Positions 58,730 to 64,000 of a stretch of DNA of 64,000 nt are shown one piece after another. A program made the position numbers and the translations under genes. The stretch lies in the NCBI GenBank assembly GCA_964346725.1, contig CAYFVM010000003.1:83658-147657 (forward strand), written 5' to 3'. The first letter of the stretch is position 1. Each line of letters starts with the position of its first letter. The notes under the pieces were generated by a model. That model was not told the origin of the DNA and ran no database searches. It worked only from the letters and a program-made list of their open reading frames with translations. The stretch comes from an uncultured Bacteroidales bacterium (GTDB lineage Bacteria > Bacteroidota > Bacteroidia > Bacteroidales > UBA1715).

Positions 58730-60445
58730 CTATTTTTGAACAACAGGAGTAGCTTTACGAGTAAATGTATTTTTATCGTATTCCACTATATTTGTTGCGG
58801 TATTAAGAAATGCACCATTGTCTTTTTGTTGGAAATAGAATCGTTCTGTTAAACCGTCAAAGCCTTGATTTGTGCGTATTGAAGTAAAAACATTGGCATT
58901 TTGTGCACACAATTGTCCGAAATAGAGCATTTGATCAAATCCTTGAAAACTGAATTTTGTAGGCTCAGTACTATATATCTCTCTATATGTGCTTATAAAG
59001 TTGTTAATACTTTGAGACGTGTAATCTATCTCGTTCACTGTTACGAGTTTAAAATTAAGGTCAAATAAAAAGTCTAGTTCCAAATTTTCATACAACTCCC
59101 ATTGTGGCATACCCCAAAGTTCAATATTGTGGCTTTTTGAAGCTTGATAGAGTTTGGTTACTATATTATTTGCAAAGGCTTGTTGCTTTGACAATACTAC
59201 AATTATTGTTTTCTGTTTCTTGTCCATAGCCCTATCTAGTGTAACCATTCCGTTAGCTAATGGATTGTATATGGTTTCGTACGTAATTTGTTTTGGAAGT
59301 AATTGATTTTTTTGTTCGTCAAATGCTGCTTTGCATTGTACCATATTTTTCTTCTCAAGTGATTCTGAATTGTAAACGATACAAACATGGCAATTTTCAT
59401 TATTTTGAATAATATAATCAACCATTGCTTTGTAACGATTTTTCTGCGGTGTATTCATTTGAATTGTAAATGGATTCAATGAATTAGCTTCTTCTTGAGA
59501 GAGAGGATACACAATAGGAATTGAGTTGCGTTTTGCGAAACCAGCAACAGTAGGGAATGTTTTCGGAAAAACTGGACCTATAATCAAATCGCTTTTTGTC
59601 TTAATTTTTCCAACATTTATTGATAATGAATCATTGTTTGATTCTATCACATCAAGATTAACCGAAATGCCTAATTTTTTGAGAGAATCTAAGGCAATAA
59701 GCACTCCTTCGTAGTATTCTAAGAACTGGTATGTGTGAGTGTATATTTCTTTTGACATATTAATTATACCATCATCATTTTGTGGTGCATTTTTACTTAA
59801 GAAAAATGGTAAAAGCATAGATACATTTATTGTCGGCCGTACAAGAACTGTAGTGCCTGTAGTGGTAATTTCAGTAACAGGTGTAACTGCATTAGTATCA
59901 TTATTTTTTAATGTCTCATTTGGACTTTCTGACAAAGGGGTCATGTTGTCCATCGTTATTTTTGCTTGTTCTTCCGAATCAAAAGGTATCCACAATACTT
60001 GATCAACCGAAAGTGTAGGATTTGTAGCAAGACTTGGATTTTTATCGAGAATTTGTTGTGGAGATACTTGGTATAAACGAGAAATAGAATATATCGTTTG
60101 TCCTTGTTTTACAAAATGAATAACATACGTAGCTCCTTCTTTTATAACAATTTGACCTTCTTCGTATAGTAAAGGCTCTGTTTCTGTAGCAACTTCTTCT
60201 ACCATCGGTATCATTATACGTTGACCTACATTCAATGACTCTATGTTTTCATTACTTTTTTTTATGTCATCAATTGATACATTGTAGAGGCGACTCAATC
60301 CATAAAAGGTTTCTTGTGCATGAATAGTATGTATGTAGTATCTATTGCCGTTATTTAATGTTCCTATTTCGGTGCTACGCATTTGTGCATAGAGTTCGCC
60401 GAATGTGAAAACTGAAAGTATAGCAATGATTAACGATCGTCTCAT
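58730..60445 (-). CDS. Secreted protein with two LysM domains plus a type-1 periplasmic-binding-protein-like domain
   Basis: Signal peptide. LysM 1 is YYIHTIHAQETFYGLSRLYNVSIDDIKKSN...GQRIMIP. LysM 2 is YVIHFVKQGQTIYSISRLYQVSPQQIL...DQVLWIP. The C-terminal fold of about 350 aa looks like a Leu/Ile/Val-binding protein. Confidence 0.75.
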   Translation of the reverse strand: MRRSLIIAILSVFTFGELYAQMRSTEIGTLNNGNRYYIHTIHAQETFYGLSRLYNVSIDDIKKSNENIESLNVGQRIMIPMVEEVATETEPLLYEEGQIVIKEGATYVIHFVKQGQTIYSISRLYQVSPQQILDKNPSLATNPTLSVDQVLWIPFDSEEQAKITMDNMTPLSESPNETLKNNDTNAVTPVTEITTTGTTVLVRPTINVSMLLPFFLSKNAPQNDDGIINMSKEIYTHTYQFLEYYEGVLIALDSLKKLGISVNLDVIESNNDSLSINVGKIKTKSDLIIGPVFPKTFPTVAGFAKRNSIPIVYPLSQEEANSLNPFTIQMNTPQKNRYKAMVDYIIQNNENCHVCIVYNSESLEKKNMVQCKAAFDEQKNQLLPKQITYETIYNPLANGMVTLDRAMDKKQKTIIVVLSKQQAFANNIVTKLYQASKSHNIELWGMPQWELYENLELDFLFDLNFKLVTVNEIDYTSQSINNFISTYREIYSTEPTKFSFQGFDQMLYFGQLCAQNANVFTSIRTNQGFDGLTERFYFQQKDNGAFLNTATNIVEYDKNTFTRKATPVVQK

Positions 60446-60461
60446 AATTCCGAATTTTAAG

Positions 60462-60469
60462 CAAAAATA
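60462..60469 (-). promoter_or_regulatory. -7 box (TATTTTTG on the minus strand) heading the long minus-strand gene block
   Basis: Plus-strand CAAAAATA, 17 nt upstream of start 60445. Confidence 0.4.
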
Positions 60470-60579
60470 AGAAATGCTTTATAAATAATTTACAATTAGT
60501 TTATTTCATTATCCCCAAGTTATTCACTAAATTGTCAATCTTTTTACGGATATCTTGTAAAAAGAGTAATGAAAAAAAG

Positions 60580-60587
60580 TATTTTTG
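60580..60587 (+). promoter_or_regulatory. -7 box (TATTTTTG) for the MFS gene
   Basis: Lies inside the first codons of the long ORF (60569). This supports the start at 60608. Confidence 0.4.
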
Positions 60588-60607
60588 TTTGCATCAAAAA
60601 GGTAGGA

Positions 60608-61783
60608 ATGGAAAAATTATGGAATAGGAATTACATTAAGGTGATGATTACCAACTTTACTTTGTTTTTTTCATTCTATCTGCTCACGCCATTGCTTCCA
60701 TTGTATTTAAGTGAGACGTTCACCACCACCAAAGATACAATAGGTCTTGTACTTTCGGGATATACGTTAATGGCGCTCATTTTTCGATCTTTTAGTGGAT
60801 TTATGGTTGATAATTTCCCTCGCAAAAAAGTATTACTTGTTTGTTTATGTGTTTATTCTCTTGTATTTACGAGTTATTTGGTTGCTGGAAGTTTGTTATT
60901 GTTCGCAATCTTCCGTACAATACATGGAGGTCCATTTGGTGCTTCTGCCGTTGCAAACAACACGGTTGCTATAGATGTTTTACCACGGTCTCGAAGAAGT
61001 GAAGGAATTGGATTGTATGGCTTGAGCAATAATATTGCATCAGCTATTGCGCCAACAATCGGTATTTTTTTGTATAAATATGTGCACGATTTCGATATTC
61101 TTTTTTGTATCTCTTTTATCGTAGCTGGTATTGGATTTACATTTGCTTCAACTATAAAAATGCCATCAAAAGAAGAAAGCGTTGCGCCTAAACGTGCCAT
61201 TTCATTAGATAGTTTTTTTTTGGTTCGTGGATGGATGTTAGCACTCAATATGGTATATTTTGGCTATTGCTGGGGCGTTTTAAGTAATTATCTTGCTATT
61301 TACGGAAAAGAACAATTAGGCATAACAAATGGGACAGGTATATTTTTCTTAATACTTTCTTCGGGCTTGATTTTATCACGTCTTGCCAGTTCTAAATCAT
61401 TACGTGAAGGAAATTATACCAACAATGCATCTATGGGAATCATACTTTCAACTATTGGATATACATTGTTTATTGCGTGGCCAACTATGGTAGGATATTA
61501 CGTTTCGGCTCTTTTTATAGGTTTGGGTAATGGTCGCATGTGGCCTGCTTTTCAAAATATGATACTTGCTATTGCACATAGCAACGAACGTGGTACAGCA
61601 AACTCTACAATCCTTACCTCATGGGACTTAGGACTCGGATTGGGTATCTTGTTTGGCGGAACGATTGCTGAATATTTTGGATATAGTATTACTTTTTGGG
61701 TGACTGTGTGTGTGCATGCTACCGGACTATTATTATTTCTTTTGGGTACTAAAAAATTCTTTCAACAAAGAAAATTAGTGTAA
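60608..61783 (+). CDS. MFS transporter
   Basis: 12 TM helices. The loop 2-3 motif region is GFMVDNFPRKKVLL. Start at MEKLWNRNY. Confidence 0.8.
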   Translation: MEKLWNRNYIKVMITNFTLFFSFYLLTPLLPLYLSETFTTTKDTIGLVLSGYTLMALIFRSFSGFMVDNFPRKKVLLVCLCVYSLVFTSYLVAGSLLLFAIFRTIHGGPFGASAVANNTVAIDVLPRSRRSEGIGLYGLSNNIASAIAPTIGIFLYKYVHDFDILFCISFIVAGIGFTFASTIKMPSKEESVAPKRAISLDSFFLVRGWMLALNMVYFGYCWGVLSNYLAIYGKEQLGITNGTGIFFLILSSGLILSRLASSKSLREGNYTNNASMGIILSTIGYTLFIAWPTMVGYYVSALFIGLGNGRMWPAFQNMILAIAHSNERGTANSTILTSWDLGLGLGILFGGTIAEYFGYSITFWVTVCVHATGLLLFLLGTKKFFQQRKLV

Positions 61784-61901
61784 TGATCAAAATAAAATGC
61801 TTTTTATTGACAAAAGCGAGACTACTAATCTGATATGTGCATACATCTCTAATTTTTTTGTACGATAGTAGATATAGATTTTGCAAATTCAACGAAACGT
61901 G

Positions 61902-61909
61902 TAATTTTG
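61902..61909 (+). promoter_or_regulatory. -7 box (TAATTTTG) for yajC
   Basis: Exact TAnnTTTG match 24 nt upstream of ATG 61934. Confidence 0.4.
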
Positions 61910-61933
61910 TAAGAAATTTAAAAACCAAGAAAT

Positions 61934-62251
61934 ATGTTAAACATTCTATTACAAGAACCAGGCGCTCAAGGAGGAGGAGTCGGAAGTTTATTGTTACTAG
62001 TCGGAATTATGGTGATATTCTTTATCTTTATGATTCGTCCTCAAATGAAAAAACAAAAAGAAGAACAAAAATTCCGTGAAAGTTTGCAAAAAGGTGACGC
62101 TGTTATTACAATAGGTGGCATCAGCGGTAAAATTGTTGAAATTAAAGGTGACAATACCGTAATGTTGGAAATCGCAAAAGACGTTGTTATAAAAGTAAGT
62201 AAATCAGCATTACTTAAAGATCAAGCCGCTTTATCAGGTCAACAAAAATAA
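61934..62251 (+). CDS. yajC: Preprotein translocase subunit YajC
   Basis: Single TM followed by FFIFMIRPQMKKQKE and GDAVITIGGISGKIVEI. Confidence 0.85.
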   Translation: MLNILLQEPGAQGGGVGSLLLLVGIMVIFFIFMIRPQMKKQKEEQKFRESLQKGDAVITIGGISGKIVEIKGDNTVMLEIAKDVVIKVSKSALLKDQAALSGQQK

Positions 62252-62319
62252 TTTCATTATTCTTTAGGTACTTTTCTTTTTAACAACACGTAAAGAAATA
62301 ATACAAATAAAAATAAAAT

Positions 62320-62360
62320 AAGAAAGGTTGATGATTTATTTATCAACCTTTCTTATTTTT
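62320..62360 (+). terminator. Strong hairpin / probable terminator after yajC
   Basis: Perfect 13-bp stem AAGAAAGGTTGAT / ATCAACCTTTCTT with a 9-nt loop, followed by ATTTTT. Confidence 0.65.
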
Positions 62361-62365
62361 ACGAT

Positions 62366-63343
62366 GTGAATCAAGGACATAAATATAGTTCATGGCAAAT
62401 CTCTATCATACGAGGTCAACGAAAATACCTACCGTTTTTCGTTTGTTTAGGCATTGCCACAACTCTTTGGTTTACTCGCGAAATGGGTAAGAACTATGAG
62501 GAACGTCTCACAATGCCAGTTGTTTATGAAAATATTCCGTTATCTCTTTCTTTAGTTTCAAAAGTTCCAGCTACAATTACAATCACGGTAGAAGCATCTG
62601 GGTGGGGGCTGTTAAAGCATTATCTTTTTGAATATCAATCACTCAAGGTAGATGTTGGTGTTTTAAAGAGCACAAATACTTTGCACATTGAAACAAAAAA
62701 TCCCACATTCCTTGCTTCACTTGGAGAACAACTGCAAGTGATAGAAGTATTTCCCAAAGAAATTAAATTCGCTTTTGAACCAATTCATTCCAAAAAAGTT
62801 CCAATAAAAACAGCCATAGACATTTCTTATACACAACAATATATGCTCAATGGTGAAATAGAGATTTCACCAGATTCTATTATACTATACGGATCGCATG
62901 GCGAATTAGATACCATTTCAATGGTAGTATCTGAACCATTGCAAATGAAAGGGGTTAAAGAATCTTTTTCCGAAAAACTTACTATAACTCCGATTCATAA
63001 TGTTCGTATGAATTCTACATATACAACCGTAAAAGGAGAGGTAGAGAAATTTACAGAACAAACTATTTCCATTCCTATCAAATTTATGAATGCACCCAGA
63101 AATAGTGTTGCTGTTGATTTAATGGTAGATAAGGTTACTATTACTTATTTAATAGGATTGAGTAATGTACCAAAGTGTTATCCATCAGATTTTGAAGCAA
63201 TTGCCGATTACGAAAAACTTTCAAAAAATGGCACTATTCCTATTGAAATCGTTCGTTTTCCTCAATATGTCCGTATTGTTCAGCAAAACCCTGTCAATGA
63301 TGGGGTTATAGTCAATTACATAGACTCAAAACAGAATGAATAA
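62366..63343 (+). CDS. YbbR-like domain-containing protein
   Basis: GTG start. An N-terminal TM (LPFFVCLGIATTLWF) is followed by repeated YbbR-type beta domains. No ATG precedes the TM segment. Confidence 0.7.
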   Translation: MNQGHKYSSWQISIIRGQRKYLPFFVCLGIATTLWFTREMGKNYEERLTMPVVYENIPLSLSLVSKVPATITITVEASGWGLLKHYLFEYQSLKVDVGVLKSTNTLHIETKNPTFLASLGEQLQVIEVFPKEIKFAFEPIHSKKVPIKTAIDISYTQQYMLNGEIEISPDSIILYGSHGELDTISMVVSEPLQMKGVKESFSEKLTITPIHNVRMNSTYTTVKGEVEKFTEQTISIPIKFMNAPRNSVAVDLMVDKVTITYLIGLSNVPKCYPSDFEAIADYEKLSKNGTIPIEIVRFPQYVRIVQQNPVNDGVIVNYIDSKQNE

Positions 63344-63917
63344 ACATATAGCATTGACTGGTGGTATAGGAAGCGGAAAAAGTGTAATTGCTAAAATCTT
63401 TTTAATACTTGGTGTTCCCGTCTACGATAGTGACAGAGAGGCTAAACAACTTATGGAAATTGATAGGGAAGTCGTTTCTTCGTTACAAAAACTCATAGGA
63501 GAGGAGTTATATCAAGATTCAAAATTGCAAAAAGACGTAATGGCACGGGCTATCTTTTCCGACAATAATCTTTGTAAAAAGGTCAATGAAATAGTGCATC
63601 CGCGCGTGTGGAGCGATTATATAGAATGGAGTAATCGGCAACAGGGACCTTTTACCATAATGGAAACGGCCCTGCTGTATGAATCGGACTTATACAAGAA
63701 CTTTGATGCAGTTATAGGAGTTACCGCTGATGAAGAAACACGCATTCGCCGTGTTATGCAACGCAATAATTGTGATGCCGAAAGTGTACGCAAACGTATG
63801 CAAAATCAACAGACTGTTGATTTTGCGTTACAAAACGCCGATTTTATTATTGAAAATAGTCATACCTTTGTCATTACTCAAGTATTAGATATTTATAACA
63901 CGTTAAAACAACAATAA
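63336..63917 (+). CDS. coaE: Dephospho-CoA kinase
   Basis: IALTGGIGSGKS P-loop. 193 aa. Overlaps ybbR by 8 nt. Confidence 0.9.
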   Translation: MNKHIALTGGIGSGKSVIAKIFLILGVPVYDSDREAKQLMEIDREVVSSLQKLIGEELYQDSKLQKDVMARAIFSDNNLCKKVNEIVHPRVWSDYIEWSNRQQGPFTIMETALLYESDLYKNFDAVIGVTADEETRIRRVMQRNNCDAESVRKRMQNQQTVDFALQNADFIIENSHTFVITQVLDIYNTLKQQ

Positions 63918-63918
63918 T

Positions 63919-64000
63919 ATGCGCTGGGGACGATTAATAGGAGCAGGAATAGGGTTTGCCACAGGTGGAATTATAGGCGCACTCATTGGAGGAGCTATTG
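63919..64000 (+). CDS. Start of a Gly-rich membrane protein (possibly DjlA/TerB-like), truncated by the window edge
   Basis: ATG 63919 opens MRWGRLIGAGIGFATGGIIGALIGGAI... and runs to the window end. Only 27 aa are visible. Confidence 0.35.
   Translation, partial: MRWGRLIGAGIGFATGGIIGALIGGAI

Overview
The window is AT-rich (about 35-37% GC by eye) and densely coding. It looks like chromosomal backbone of a Bacteroidota, probably Bacteroidales-like. Supporting signs are many TAnnTTTG -7 promoter boxes 15-60 nt upstream of start codons, an S46 dipeptidyl-peptidase, DUF3822/DUF2147/DUF2156-type genes, a SPOR protein and TSP3-repeat outer-membrane proteins. I support 63 protein-coding regions. 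Two are below the 60-aa cutoff of the ORF track: a 55-aa 2x[4Fe-4S] ferredoxin and a 58-aa symporter accessory peptide. Two are truncated at the window edges. Most genes are housekeeping: rsmD, serB, asnA, gmk, glmM, gpmI, ribH, kdsC, maf, guaA, grpE-dnaJ, prmA, dacB, yajC, coaE, HU, an ABC-F ATPase and PhoH/PIN. I found no rRNA, tRNA, CRISPR array, transposase, integrase or recognisable defence or biosynthetic cluster, so this appears to be ordinary core genome, not an accessory island. The items most worth a second look are listed here. (1) A CPA2 cation/proton antiporter is split into two ORFs exactly at an A7 tract that has the geometry of a -1 slippery heptamer. (2) A translationally coupled LysM-binding-protein / stand-alone MprF-C-like (DUF2156) / Eis-like GNAT trio lies inside an 18-kb co-directional block of mostly envelope-related genes. 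(3) A 1531-aa secreted protein with no recognisable domains sits 1 nt downstream of prmA. (4) A pilin-like membrane protein is paired with a DUF3822 protein. (5) There are several smaller oddities: a G8 tract in the HU promoter region, a poly-acidic protein, a 15/90-nt nested coding repeat, and a 374-bp structured intergenic region. All function calls come from motif recognition in the translated ORFs. No database search was possible.
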